This document shows positions 41,351 through 53,975 of a stretch of 64,000 bases of DNA, piece by piece. The DNA is from Octopus vulgaris. Its lineage: Eukaryota. The first letter of the stretch is position 1. Every line of letters begins with the position of its first letter. The notes beneath the pieces are model-generated. The model was not told the DNA's origin and did no database searches. It saw only the letters and a program-made list of their open reading frames with translations. Location of the stretch: positions 27,590,001 through 27,654,000 of the forward strand of contig OX597822.1 in the NCBI GenBank assembly GCA_951406725.2. Direction: 5' to 3'. The position numbers and the translations under genes are program-made.

Positions 41351-41638
41351 GGAGGTGCAATGGCTCAGTGGTTAGGGCAGCGGACTCGCGGTCATAGGTC
41401 GCGGTTTCGATTCCTAGATTGAGCGAAAACACCTAAAAGCTCTACGAGGCTCCGGCAGGAGGTTGTAGCGATCCCTGCTGTACTCTTTCGCCACAACTTT
41501 CTCTCACTCTTCTGTTGAGCTGCCCGCTTAGCCAGCGGGGTGGCGTCATTTGAAGGCTAAAACAATGCGAAGCGCATTGTGAGTAGCGATGTGTAGCAAC
41601 ATCTGTTATCCTGGTCGGTCACGGTGACCAAAAAGTGA
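41351..41638 (+). mobile_element. tRNA-derived SINE, family C, with RTE-like 3' tail
   Basis: A box TGGCTCAGTGG, B box TTTCGATTCC. The tail resembles the RTE end at 8130-8200. Confidence 0.8.
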
Positions 41639-41655
41639 CAAATATATATATATGA

Positions 41656-41695
<40 letters not shown>

Positions 41696-41714
41696 GTATA
41701 TGTATGTATGTATG

Positions 41715-41776
<62 letters not shown>

Positions 41777-42053
41777 TGTATGTATATATAAAGAATTATG
41801 GAATCCTAGCAGATATCAATGAAGTACTCAATATTAAAAGAATTTTGTTAACAATATTCAGCATTTAGGCACCAGTAAATATAAGTAGGATACAGATCCG
41901 AGATAATTCCTCATACAAACACGCAAATCAAATATCCTTTCTGAGATTTTCGAGAAATTCAGAGTTTTTGACAAAAGAATACGTATAGAGAAAATTACAT
42001 ATTTTCCTGATAAAGCCAACAATTGTTTCTCCTGCATTAGCATATATAATTAT

Positions 42054-42091
<38 letters not shown>

Positions 42092-42752
42092 CTGTGTGTG
42101 TTTGTGTGTGTCTATGCGTGTGTGTGTGCGTGCGTGTGTGTGTGTGTCTATCATTGGGTATGAGAGATGAATATATTTATCTTGCTATCTTTAGGATCAC
42201 GGCTGTTTCGCAGTCTTCATCTTGTAATACAAATTTCAGCGTTTGATAAATCATGTTTTCATGTCAGAATTAATAATCATGATATTCATTATGCAATGCA
42301 ATTGTATATATATAAATCAGTACAGATAATGAAACATCATGACGTCCTGGTTATCTGATGGTCTAGCTTTCTTTATCTTCACTGATTTGTACATATCGAA
42401 ATGGATTGCGTAATATGTAGCATGAATATTAGTGCAGGCATGTAAACATAATTCATTATGCACTGATATTGTTTTTATACGATGAAGGTCACAAAATGAC
42501 CGCAATCCGAAATATGACATGTGACTGAATAAACATATTCACCTCTCAGAGCCACTAACATTTATAGTGTATATAATCCTCATGAAGTAATGTCTTCGAT
42601 CGGATCTCCTGGATTTGAGCTGCATAGAATTCTGAATTATACTCAAGGCATGAAATGAAAAAATTTGGGCATTTTAATTTTTTTCTTTTCGTTCAGGAAA
42701 ATCCAGTTTTATTGAACATATTTATGAATGACATGAAATGTACTTGAATAAA

Positions 42753-42814
<62 letters not shown>

Positions 42815-43010
42815 TGTGTGTGTGTGTGTGTGTATTTGCATCAATCGATCTGCATCTCCATCAGTGTATTTTATATTTATGTTAGGTGCCCGTACAATAA
42901 ACATAGACAGACGATGTATGGGCCTCTCTATGTCAACAATAATTCAGAGCTCACTGGAGGAGGTTCCTGTGATAGACAGACAATTCTACGAATCCTGTAT
43001 TACAATACAA

Positions 43011-43074
<64 letters not shown>

Positions 43075-43099
43075 ATATGTTACAGTTATTCAATAGTCA

Positions 43100-43162
43100 A
43101 GATAAAACTCTGAGTTTCAGATGCCGAAGTGGAAATCCACAACGCCATCTCTTCGGTTATCT
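43100..43162 (-). ncRNA. Type I hammerhead-like motif (U4C variant)
   Basis: AGATAA-CCGAAGA-GATGgCG...CGgCATC-t-GAAAC-tcaga-GTT-TTATCT; perfect 6-bp stem I. Confidence 0.65.
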
Positions 43163-43544
43163 GGCCATCAAATATGAAAAATTACCGTTATATAAAGGGA
43201 AATTAATGTGTTATAATTCCGCTACTTGTATAAATTAAGATTAAAAGTTCATAGTAAACACGTAAACATGGCTACTCATACGCTCACATGTGCGCTCGAG
43301 GGCCCACGTGCGTACTTATACGTCACTATGAAAACGTACACATATTCATTCGTATTTTTCGCCAAATGTATACACATATATGTACAAACTCATACACACA
43401 CACACGCGTACCCTAAAAGTTCATACATATGTCTATATACGCACACAGTTCCCTCTATTTACATAATATTGAGGTCTCTTTCTTTCTTTTGTTATTTTAC
43501 CGTTTTTACCAATATATATATATATTCATATTTATATATATATA

Positions 43545-44080
43545 CAGGGTGTCCCCAAAAAATGTATACATAGACTGCAACAGTCTGTCATGCCAAGCAT
43601 TAGAGAGGACTTTGAACAGGAAGAGTTTTATTTCCAGCAAGATGGGGCACCTCTACACTACCATCGCGATGTTAGATCCTTTCTTGATGGGATCTTGCCA
43701 AACAGGTGGATTGGACGGAGAGATTTTGTCGAATACCCTCCACGTTCACCAGACCTCACACCACTAGACTTCTTTTTATGGGGATACCTAAAGGACAAAG
43801 TCTACGCACAGAAACCTGCAACTGTCGTTCAATTGAGGGCAACCATTGAACATGAATGTACGAATATCCCAAGGGAATTGTTCCATGATGTGTGCCATTC
43901 CATCGCTTCGCGTTGTCAGCAGTGTCTGGAGCAGAACGGACATCAGTTTGAGAACATGCGATAACAAGACAACAGAATGATATTTGTAAATTCTTTTACA
44001 TGTTGAAAATTATTCGAGTTATAATAAACCCCAAATTTACAATTATTTAAGGTGTGTATACATTTTTTGAGGACACCCTG
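43545..44080 (+). mobile_element. Deleted Tc1/mariner element of the DD41D (rosa/VS) group
   Basis: TIRs CAGGGTGTCC.CAAAAAATGTATACA, TA flanks. FQQDGAP..SPDLTPLDFFLWG with 41 residues between the last two catalytic Asp. Confidence 0.88.
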
Positions 44081-44116
44081 TATATATATATATATATATG
44101 TAAGTATGTATGTATG

Positions 44117-44171
<55 letters not shown>

Positions 44172-44219
44172 CCAAGATGTACGTACGCCGCAATAATTTT
44201 TTATATATAAAACACTAAC

Positions 44220-45250
44220 GTGGCAAGCCAGGACTCACTTTCGCAACAACAGCCTGCTACTGTTACTACATTAGAAGCACCTTGTTTGACACCACTATCT
44301 GACCTGATTCCAACCAGCCCTACTGTTGCAAGTCAAGTTTCACTGCCGCCACAGCAGCAGCAACAACAACAACAACAGTCTGCTACTGCTACAGAACCAC
44401 TGACCAATGAGCCTGCCAATATTGAAAAACCTCTACTATGCCCACGTCAAATGCCATTCTTAAGGTAACTGTATATTTGGCCCCAGCTGGCACTGACAAC
44501 ACTTGTTAAGGACATCTGTCCATATAGTATAACGGGAAAAAACTGACCCCACCTCCACAGCAAATACTGTCCTAAAGACAGAGTCCATGGCTCTGATCCT
44601 AAATATGGATGCACAAAAGGCACCTTCTTCCATCCTAAACTGTGCCAAACATCTGTGTCACTAAGGTTGTGCTTGAAACCAGAATGCAATCACCACCATC
44701 TGAAGGGCACAACACTATCGAAGAATAATTATAAAAAGCAACAGAAACAAAATACAACCACACTTCTCCTCTTACAACCAAACAACGAAGACAGAACTAT
44801 GGAAAAGCCATAACACCAAATAATATAAATATGAACTATGTATCATATGACCAAGTGGCAAACCATAGAGGCAACACTTTTTTACTAACTTATTTAGAAA
44901 AAATGAAGGCCAACCTAAGGCAGGAGATCCAACGAGCTATCAGCAACCATTTATGCAAAACACAAGGAACACCAACCCACCACCAACTAGAAAATCATAC
45001 ACACACAGCCCCATAGAAAAAGTACCCTCATTGCTACCTCTGAACAACAGAAGCATAACTTTGAACAATGCAAACATCAAAGTACCCTTACCTCGAAATC
45101 CCTGCTAAATTTACGTGGCATCAACCCATCACTCATTGTCCAAAAGTGGAAGATTCCATTTATAGAGAGCTGGCTTGCCAAAACGGCACATTGCTTCCCT
45201 TTCTTAATCCTTACTTAAACTCACCTAAACAGCACACATGGATGCCGAGG
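44220..45250 (+). pseudogene. Decayed 5' part of a LINE: CCCH-finger ORF1 and start of the APE endonuclease
   Basis: 44517-44711 translates CPYSITGKN*PHLHSKYC..GCTKGTFFHPKLCQTSVSLRLCLKPECNHHHLKGT. Downstream is LLNLRGI..LILT*THL. Confidence 0.55.
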
Positions 45251-45327
<77 letters not shown>

Positions 45328-45385
45328 TACGGAGATGTACTCGCATAGCAATTAATTTGATCTGAGATCGTGTGCTGAAACGAAA

Positions 45386-45685
45386 ACAATTGCAGCGTGG
45401 AAGGTGTTTATAAGCCATTTAAGAAACACACAAAAGCCGTTCGATTCATTTCAACATTTAAGTTTAATTTGTCAAGATATTTTCGTCGCTTAGAGACCGC
45501 GACCTGTTCACTGACAAAAATCCGTGCTGCATCTCAGTGATGCAGCACGGATTTTTGTCAGTGAACAGGTCGCGGATTTTAGCAACGAAAATATTTTGAC
45601 AAATTAAACTTAAATGTTGAAGTGAATCGAACGGCTTTTGTGTGTTTCTTAAATGGCTTATAAACACCTTCCACGCTGCAATTGT
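45386..45685. repeat. ~300-bp foldback palindrome (148/147-bp arms, 5-nt loop) with a hammerhead variant in each arm
   Basis: Arms at 45386-45533 and 45539-45685. The ORF track shows MAYKHLPRCNC on both strands. Confidence 0.92.
45554..45603 (+). ncRNA. Type I hammerhead, G3-C8 compensatory core variant (mirror copy 45468-45518 on -)
   Basis: TTTGTCA-GTGAACA-g-GTCGC-loop-GC(G/A)AC-GAAA-ata-TTT-TGACAAA. Confidence 0.65.
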
Positions 45686-46113
45686 ATATATATATATATA
45701 TATATACTAACATTAAAGACCCGTCGTTGCCGGGTCATAGTGCTAGTGCATGTATATATGTGTACATATTACATGTACATCTATAAATATACATCTACAC
45801 ATAAAAGCAAAATACAAAGTTATATCTTGATATCGCTAGTGATAACAATACTCAAAATATATAACAGACTGGAATGGTTTTATTATTACCCACAAGGGGC
45901 GAACATAGAGGGGACAATACAACCTAATGTGGGGTCAGATTCTCGGATGGAGTTACAAAAAAGATGAGATTAAAAATTCACAAAAATACAAAAAATATAA
46001 AATCGAATGAAGAACAGACCGGAAGACATTACGGATGGAGTGGGGGCGGGTTTAGCTCGGACCCCACGAGCCCCACCTCACCACTGATACTTTGGTTTCG
46101 TCTTGTTTTACAT

Positions 46114-49100
46114 TTATGTGGTGTCATCCATTCGCAACTTTCGTGCTACATCCTTCCATCGTTCTTCATACACTGTCTTAGTCAGGCATTTTCTCTCCAG
46201 CCCTATCTTCCTTTTCAGGTGAAAGATGAAGTAATTCATCAAACCAGGGCCGGATATGAACTTGCCTGACCGTAAACCTTTCATTCTCGTCTTCCATATC
46301 ACCTCTTTCGCAATTGCTACCACAACGAGAAAACAATTCTTACCTTCTTTCGCGAGGAAATCTGGTGGGTCAATTTTTGTAATAGACTCAGTCGACAGCT
46401 GTACTCTTCGTGTGCTTGACAACAGCTGTTCGGCATAAACCCACACCTCAGACACGACCGAACAATGAACAATAGCGTGCGGGACGGTTTCCCTATCCCG
46501 CTCGCATCTTGGACATATCGGACTGTCTTGGCCACCGTGCCTTGCGAGTTTATCCCGAACAGGTAGAGCTCCTCTGTAGCATTGCCATGCCAGAGACTTC
46601 TGGAAGTTGTCCAGTGTCTTCGGCTCGAACGTACGTCGGAACAGACTGGCCAGCTGATTATCGTCGAGACCTAGGGTTTCCCCCAAGGTATCTTCACATT
46701 CCGCCTCTACCAACCCTCTATAGAAGAATGTGGTGGAACCCCCACCGCAGGCGTTGCCCGAGCGATGGAATAGCAGGAGAGCCTTGCGACACTCCGTGTA
46801 CCATGTGCCTAGTTTCGATCTACGATTCAGCCAGGTTTCCCATCCACCGAAACTAGTGAACTTGGGAAACATCAGTTTTGCTAGCGGAGACCACACCCGT
46901 TCACCATCCAGGTAGAGCCACAGATGTCTTAACCTCAGCGCATGTCTGCGCATCATCAGCCAAGGCATCCCTAGCCCACCCTTTAACGGTTGTTGACAGC
47001 AAGTAGAGCGTTTCACAAGTGGTTTCCGCCCTTCCACAAGAAGTAGAAGAGCTGTCTTTCCAACTTGATCAACCACGAATCAGGGCAAGGAACGACGGAA
47101 AGGCGGTAGGTGATAACCGATGCGATAAACACATTGGCCACCTCCGCCCTCCCTTTCAGGGATAGCCACCGCCAAGACCAGGTCTTGGTTACTGCAGCCA
47201 CCCTGCTCGATACCTCGCCCCAATTCTTCTCTATTTGGAGGTCTGGACCGAACCAAACCCCTAGCAACTTAATCGGACCCTCCGTCCAACGTCCCACGAC
47301 GCTGTCAGGAGGCATCGACTTGCCTCTCCAGGTGCCGAGTTGCAAGCCGACTGACTTTTCGCGATTAACTTTTGCTCCTGTCACCGTCTCGTAAACCTCT
47401 ATGGCCTTGCCTACTTTACGTAGGTGATCCATTTCGGTTACGATGATGGTGATGTCATCCGCGTACGCTGACACCGATTTTCCACTACCTGGCTGTCTCG
47501 GGATGCCGCTCAGTTTTCGCAGTAATGGCTCAAGAGCCATCACGTACAAAAGCGGGGAGAGCGGACACCCTTGACGAACCGAGCGCTTGATGTTGAACGG
47601 CTTCGACAAGAAGCCGTTCACCCGAACTACCGAGTCGATGTTGTCGTAAATTTGGATAATCCACCTGAGGAAGCCAAGGCCCAGCCCGAACTGTGCCAGG
47701 GCAGATACCAGGTAGCGATGGTCGACCCTATCGAACGCTTTAGATTGGTCTAAATGGACCAGTGCCCCACCCTTGCCAGAATCACTATTAAACCCCTCTA
47801 TAGTGTACCGCATAAGATGGAGATTATCCTGAATGGTTCTGCCGGGAACGGCACATGTCTGTGCCTCCCCGATCAGACCATCCGCGACACGCGCCAATCT
47901 TTTCGATAACACTTTGGCCAAAATCTTCAACTCTGTGTTTAGCAGAGTGATGGGCCTGAAATTATCAATGCACTCCCCCTTGCTCGGGCCCTTTCTGACG
48001 AGTGTCACTACTCCCCGGCGCACAGATCTGGGTATGAACCCGTTCTGCTGCCAGTTCACATAGACCTCCACCTGTAGGTGCCCGAACAAGTCTGGCATAC
48101 TCTTATATAACTCATAGGGTAGACCATCTAAACCCGGTGCCTTGCCCGCGCCGCAGTCCGCCATCGCCTCAACCACCTCCCCAGGCGTGATTGGCCCTTC
48201 ACAGCCCTCCGCATCTCGCCCCGATAAGCGCGGCAGCCGTCGAGGAGGTCCGTAAAGGCCCTCCTCCTATCCAGTCCGCCGCACTCACCGAAAAGCTGAG
48301 CGAAGTGCTCCTGAAAGGCCTCACACATCTCCTCGGGCTCGTTTATCAACTCACCTTGTTGGTTCGTTATAGATCGAATCGTGGCGTCGTTACCACGCTG
48401 AGCTTCCACCACTAGGGCCCATCTCACGGCGTTGATTCCTTCACAACCCATTTCGCGGATCCTAGCCCTGACAATGCAGCCCATGTGTTTGGCCTCGAGG
48501 TGCTGGTTTAACGCCAGTCTCTTGGCCGCCACCTGAACCGCAGAGCCAGTTTTCAAGGCTTCCTCTAATTCCTTAACTAGATTAGATTCCCTCCTAGCCT
48601 CTCTAGCCACTAATCCTATGCTATATCTAATTGACTCGAATTTGATGGCTCGCTTGAGGGCATACCACCATTTGTTATTAATGATGGCACCAGATAGCGC
48701 CCTCTGAATTATAGTCCTAATCCGGTCTCTGTACTCCTTAATCGCCAAAAGGGACGTATTAAGTTTCCAGTAACCGGAGCCTCTATTTTTAACCTTATCT
48801 ATGTCAAGCTTACAGGTGACCATTTTATGATCACTGTAGCTGACCAGGTAAAACTGTGGACACTTAGCTATTTTTCTGTCTACTTTTCTAATTAGTATCC
48901 TATCTATATATGACCTGGAAGATCCGTCGCTGTTTGACCATGTCCACAATAGAGCGTTCGGAAATTCTAACCTATAAGGATCTGCTAGCTCAAAGCGGCT
49001 TAGCAGTTCCAGGAAGCCAATGTTACCTTTTCTATCTGGACGCAAGCCAACACAATCTACATCCGCTTTGCAAATTGTGTTAAAGTCTCCTAGCACAACT

Positions 49101-49508
49101 AATGAATGCGAAGTACCAAGAAAGTTTTCCAGTTCTCGAAAATAATCACTTTGCCCTTTTTGGTTGGGTGCGTAAATTGCAACCAGTCTGATAACTTTAC
49201 CGTTACTGAACGTCAAATCCATGACGACCAGCCTATCTTCTGGTTCTGAAAAAATTAACTTTTTCTCAAAAACCCGGTTTCTTTTTAATAGGACCAACAC
49301 CCCACCTCCGCCTGTAGGACTGGCCGGAGAGAAAAAAACTCTCGTAGCCGTCAAACAGCGGGAGTAGACCTCTTGGCCCCTCTAACCGGGTTTCTGTAGC
49401 AACAATAACATCCAAATTACGTGACCTGATATCATTAAGGAAGCGACCTTGCTTCCAGCTTGATCCCAGGCCGCGCACATTTAAACAACCAACATAAATG
49501 CAATCCAT
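46114..49508 (-). pseudogene. ORF2: APE endonuclease + RT + CCHC finger, three frameshifts
   Basis: CLNVRGL, ATET, LGDFN, YIDR, SDH; KAPGLDGLP, FRPITLLNTELKI, DQSKAFD, VRQGCPLSP, YADD; CPRC..HAIVHC. Confidence 0.93.
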
Positions 49509-49516
49509 AGCTTACC

Positions 49517-50783
49517 TTATATCAGTGGTTCGACTTGTTCGACTTGTTCGACTTGTTTTTCGTCGTCTTCTTCACTTTTATTTTTTTCCTTGGCTCGTGG
49601 GGGAGTCCGACGCAGGCCCTCGTATAAATATGGAGATATGTCCAATCTCAGAGGGCCCACGTCGTGAAAGAATTCGGATTTTATCCGTCCGTAATCCTTC
49701 CGGCCTATTCTATAAACAATACAGTCTTTTGTTTTTTTCATTTTTTCCACTTTGGCCATGGCTGCCAAAACATTAACTAGCCTGTTGTTGGTAGCCTTAA
49801 TGGCCATAAATGTATTAGTCGCTTCTTTCCTCTTTTTTTGGCTCTCTTTCTGAGGGGTGGTTTCTGTTTTCCGGTTTTTTTTTGGTAATTTTTGACCACC
49901 CATCCTCTTTTTCTTTTTCTTCGCCACTTGTTGTTTCTTCTACCTCTTTGGTTTCTGTAGTTTCTGGTGTTTTCTCTTCTGTTTTCTCTTCTGTTTTTTC
50001 TTTTTCCGGCGGTGCTACTTCCTGCGGTTTAGGTTGACACTCCGCTCTTACGTGCCCCTTTTTACCGCAGCCGAAGCACCTCGGCTTTCTGCCCTCCACA
50101 AACACTAGCACCCTCTCCACCTCGCTGAGCCTCAATATCTCCGGTATTTCTTCTAACGTTTGGACCTCCGCCTGAATCGCCATTGTGATACATTGGCCTT
50201 GCCAAAACCCCTCCTCCTCTACTGTAGCCTGTCCTCCAGGCCCAACATCACTGCCGCCACCAGGCATGTGGCGTCCGCTTCTGGCGGAATATTTTTCATT
50301 AATAGTTTTGAGGTCCTTCTGCCTCTGTACAGGGGGAGAAGGACTATATTCTCCGCTTTTTGAGGTTCGGTTGATAGCTTCTTGGCTATCTCCTCAGTCC
50401 TGAACCTCACCTCAATTGTTCCAAACTTTCTGCCACGGTTTATATACGTAATGTCTTTCCTTATTGTCTTCAGACAATCCTCTATCTTTTTTTCCTCCAC
50501 TCTTTGAATGCTTTTCATCGTTGTATTGTATGTCTTGTAGATAATCCTTTTTCTTTCTACTTCTTCTTTCTTTCTGACGTCTGATTCCACTGCTATTTCA
50601 TTTCCTTCCTTTTTCAAAAGTGCTTCATACTTTTCTAGGTTGCTCTTATCTGTGTTGATTTATTTTTGTTTTTTTCCTGCAACTTCTGCGAACTTCTTCG
50701 CTGGGGCCTGTTCTTTTTCCGGCGTCACCACCGGTGAACTTTCTTCACCTGATACAGGTGAATATGAGATAGGAGTCTCCATC
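49517..50783 (-). pseudogene. ORF1: gag-like protein with CCHC zinc knuckle, frameshifted
   Basis: RCFGCGKKGHVRAEC followed by a charged low-complexity region; pieces in successive frames upstream of ORF2. Confidence 0.8.
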
Positions 50784-51512
50784 TCTGGATGTGGTTTTAC
50801 AAGAGTTTTCAATTGGCTTTAACAAGCCTTCAAAAATGTTGGCTTCACAAGCCTTTTGTGTATATTTTAAACTGTTTCACAACAATTGTATCAAAACAAT
50901 TCCCCCGTAGGGGGGGAATTTTAATACGTAGCCTTCGCGCGAAGGCTACTAACAGTTTTTACACAAAAACACAATATATATAAAACAAAGTAACAATAGT
51001 TAAATTCACAAACCGGTAATAAACAGCAAAATGACAAACACAGACTGGCGTATAACAGACTGGACTTGTTAGCTCTTCTTTTTTCTCTACATTGTATACT
51101 TTATAGACAATATTCTTTCCTTTAATTTTTTTATTATCCATCTGGACTATTGTTATGTTACGATTATATTATACTTTAGTTTGATTTTAATTATTACTTA
51201 CTACATATAATTCAATTGCTATTATTATTTTTATTGTTAAAGTGAAAGCATCTGACATAAAATAGAGAAATATTTTTGTTTCACTTTTAACACGTAATAC
51301 TGAAATAGTGGAGAAGATATGATATTGCTATGGGCTCGCTCTAGGCAAGAAGTTGAACATTTTTTGCCCATGAAACTACATGGACCCTAAGTAAGGCATG
51401 TGTAAAATTTGAATGAAATTGGTTGTGTAGTTCTCAAGTTTTAGGGAAACACACAGACAGACAGCCACACATTCTCAGTTTTATATATATAAAGATAAAC
51501 ACACACACACAT

Positions 51513-51553
<41 letters not shown>

Positions 51554-51840
51554 TGCTCTCTCTCACTTTCTCCCCATTCATCACCCTCTTGCACTATCTT
51601 ATATCTCTCCCCACCACTACACACTCAATAACACTATGAACATAGTCAAATTTTGCCCAAGAACTTAGTTCAATTTGAAAAACTCCACTAGAATGGACGA
51701 AAGCGCAAATATATGATATATGATATATGACGTATAAAAACATGTAATATACAAATAAATATCTGTAAATATAAAACCATCCGAATTTCTGAGTAACTCA
51801 TTTATTCTAATATAAAATACCTGCACATCAGCTCCAAACC

Positions 51841-51913
<73 letters not shown>

Positions 51914-53238
51914 AATAATGTGGATATTCGTCCGCATCTGCTTTAGTTTCTGTGGTATATTTACTTCATAATAGATTCGTACAGGTTTAATAATGCAGAG
52001 GTACGCCCATTCACTGTCTCCATATGTATACAGTACACATGGATAAAACCATACATCGTCTCCGAATGTATACTGTGCAAGCATAAAACGCTGATGTACA
52101 ATACACTAACGGAGACGTAGATTTATAACACACACACACGCGCGCACCACACATAAACACACACACGCACACACATTCACACATACACACAGAGAGGCAT
52201 TTGTTGATGTTCAGTTACATTTACATATCCGACAAAATTAGATTTTGCTGAAAGGAAAAACTTGAATTATTCTATTTTCTTTATGCTTTAACTATATGTA
52301 TGAGCGGTTATCGCTATTCGCATCTGCGCGTGGGTGTTTGAGTAGGTTTCTATGTGTCTAGTTATAAAAAGAAGCATGGTTGAATGGCTAATGTTTCACA
52401 CTTCGCAATTACGAAATCTCAGCTACCATCATATATGCGTCACCTTGCACAATTATGAACAATATACCGTAGACTGAGTCGCGACAAAATGTGTTACTAA
52501 CGTGAGTAATAGCACATAGAAAGAAGCGTTGGAAATCTGTCTGATACTTCACCTATAATGCGAAATCTAACAGCGTGACTTAATATGTCACAATAACTCT
52601 AACAACGTGACATAATATATCAATAACTCAAGGAATAGGTAGTTCCTTATCTTTAATAAATGAAATACACAAAATCAAAGCATCTAGGAGCCTCACCTGC
52701 TCTGTCTGTTTGTTTCTCTCGAGTTCAACGGTTTTCTTATAAGCTGAGAAGGTGAGTTGAGTTTAACCCTAAGTGCAGTAAGATGCTCTGCATCTAAATT
52801 CGAAATCAACGGTGATCTGGCTATGTCTGTAAATAGAGCTTGTCTCCCCCTGTCAGTTATTAAGATAGAGTTTCTGTGGTGATTGAGTTGTTTTGACTCT
52901 GATTTCTAGCAATGCTGGTACAACTTAGTATCTTTTGTCGATTTAGTGACGTCTATAAATTTGTCTTTAGGTTATTAAATTGCTAATAAGCCACCCATAT
53001 TATATATGTATGCATGTATATATATATATATATATATACATAAGAGAAAAAAATCTATCAGAAAGGAACTCTATCTCACTTAAAAAAATATCTTTTGATA
53101 AGCATAACAAATGCGCAACCGGTAAAAATAACTTTCACCTAATTAAATACACTCTCCCTTACTTAAATTATTTTGTCAGCATTTTCTTCATTTCCTTTTT
53201 TATATATCACAACTCGTGTTCCACATCTCCTTTTTTAA

Positions 53239-53279
<41 letters not shown>

Positions 53280-53328
53280 GGATATATATATAGCATATAT
53301 AGGATATATATACATATATATATATATA

Positions 53329-53740
53329 CAGGAGTGGCTGTGTGGTAAGTAGCTTGCCTATCAACCACATGGTTCCGGGTTCAGTCCCACTGCGTGGCAC
53401 CTTGGGCAAGCGTCTTCTACTATAGCCTCGGGCCGACCAAAGCCTTGTGAGTGGGTTTGGTAGACGGAAACTGAAAGAAGCCTGTCGTATATATGTATAT
53501 ATATATATACATATATATGTGCGTATATGTTTGTGTGTCTGTGTTTGTCCCCTAGCATTGCTTGACAACCGATGCTGGTGTGCTTATGTCCCCGTCACTT
53601 AGCGGTTCGGCAAAAGAGACTGATAGACTGGGCTTACAAAGAATAAGTCCCGGGGTCGAGTTGCTCGACTAAAGGCGGTGCTCCAGCATGGCCGCAGTCA
53701 ACTGACTGAAACAAGTAAAAGAGTAAAAGAGAAAAGAGTA
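53329..53740 (+). mobile_element. Family A SINE
   Basis: Near-identical to 17986-18390. Confidence 0.9.
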
Positions 53741-53771
53741 TATATATATATATATATATATATGCATGTAT

Positions 53772-53975
53772 AAACCGGCAACCCCACCAAGCTTGCTTGG
53801 TGAGGAGGGTGTTTATTGGACACCCTACGGGATGAAAAGTAAACCCGTCAAATGGCGGAGGGACACTTGAGAGTTAACGGCCATCCAATAAATGTCTTAA
53901 GGCTGTATCACGCGCGGAGACATAGAAATATTCGGACTGAATACCCGATCGCGCGGTTAAACCATTGGGAGTGAA
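53772..53975 (+). other. GC-richer structured segment, possibly an RTE 5' UTR
   Basis: Three consecutive hairpins plus a 9-bp long-range pairing; begins right after (TA)n. Confidence 0.4.

Larger units (their letters stand above)
45874..51050 (-). mobile_element. Full-length (~5.2 kb) L1/Tx1-type non-LTR retrotransposon
   Basis: 14-bp TSD TATAACAGACTGGA at 45860-45873 and 51051-51064; both ORF1 and ORF2 present. Confidence 0.93.
45707..51495 (-). mobile_element. Non-autonomous Helitron (~600 bp) interrupted by the L1/Tx1 element
   Basis: 5' end A|TCTTTATATATATAAAACTGAGAATGTG..CTGTCTGTCTGT at 51495. 3' hairpin GACCCG..CGGGTC then TTAG|T at 45707. Confidence 0.6.

Noticed and set aside
44220-44468. 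Poly-Q ORF as a host exon
   Set aside because: It is contiguous with the decayed LINE ORF1-like region, and no splice context is evident.
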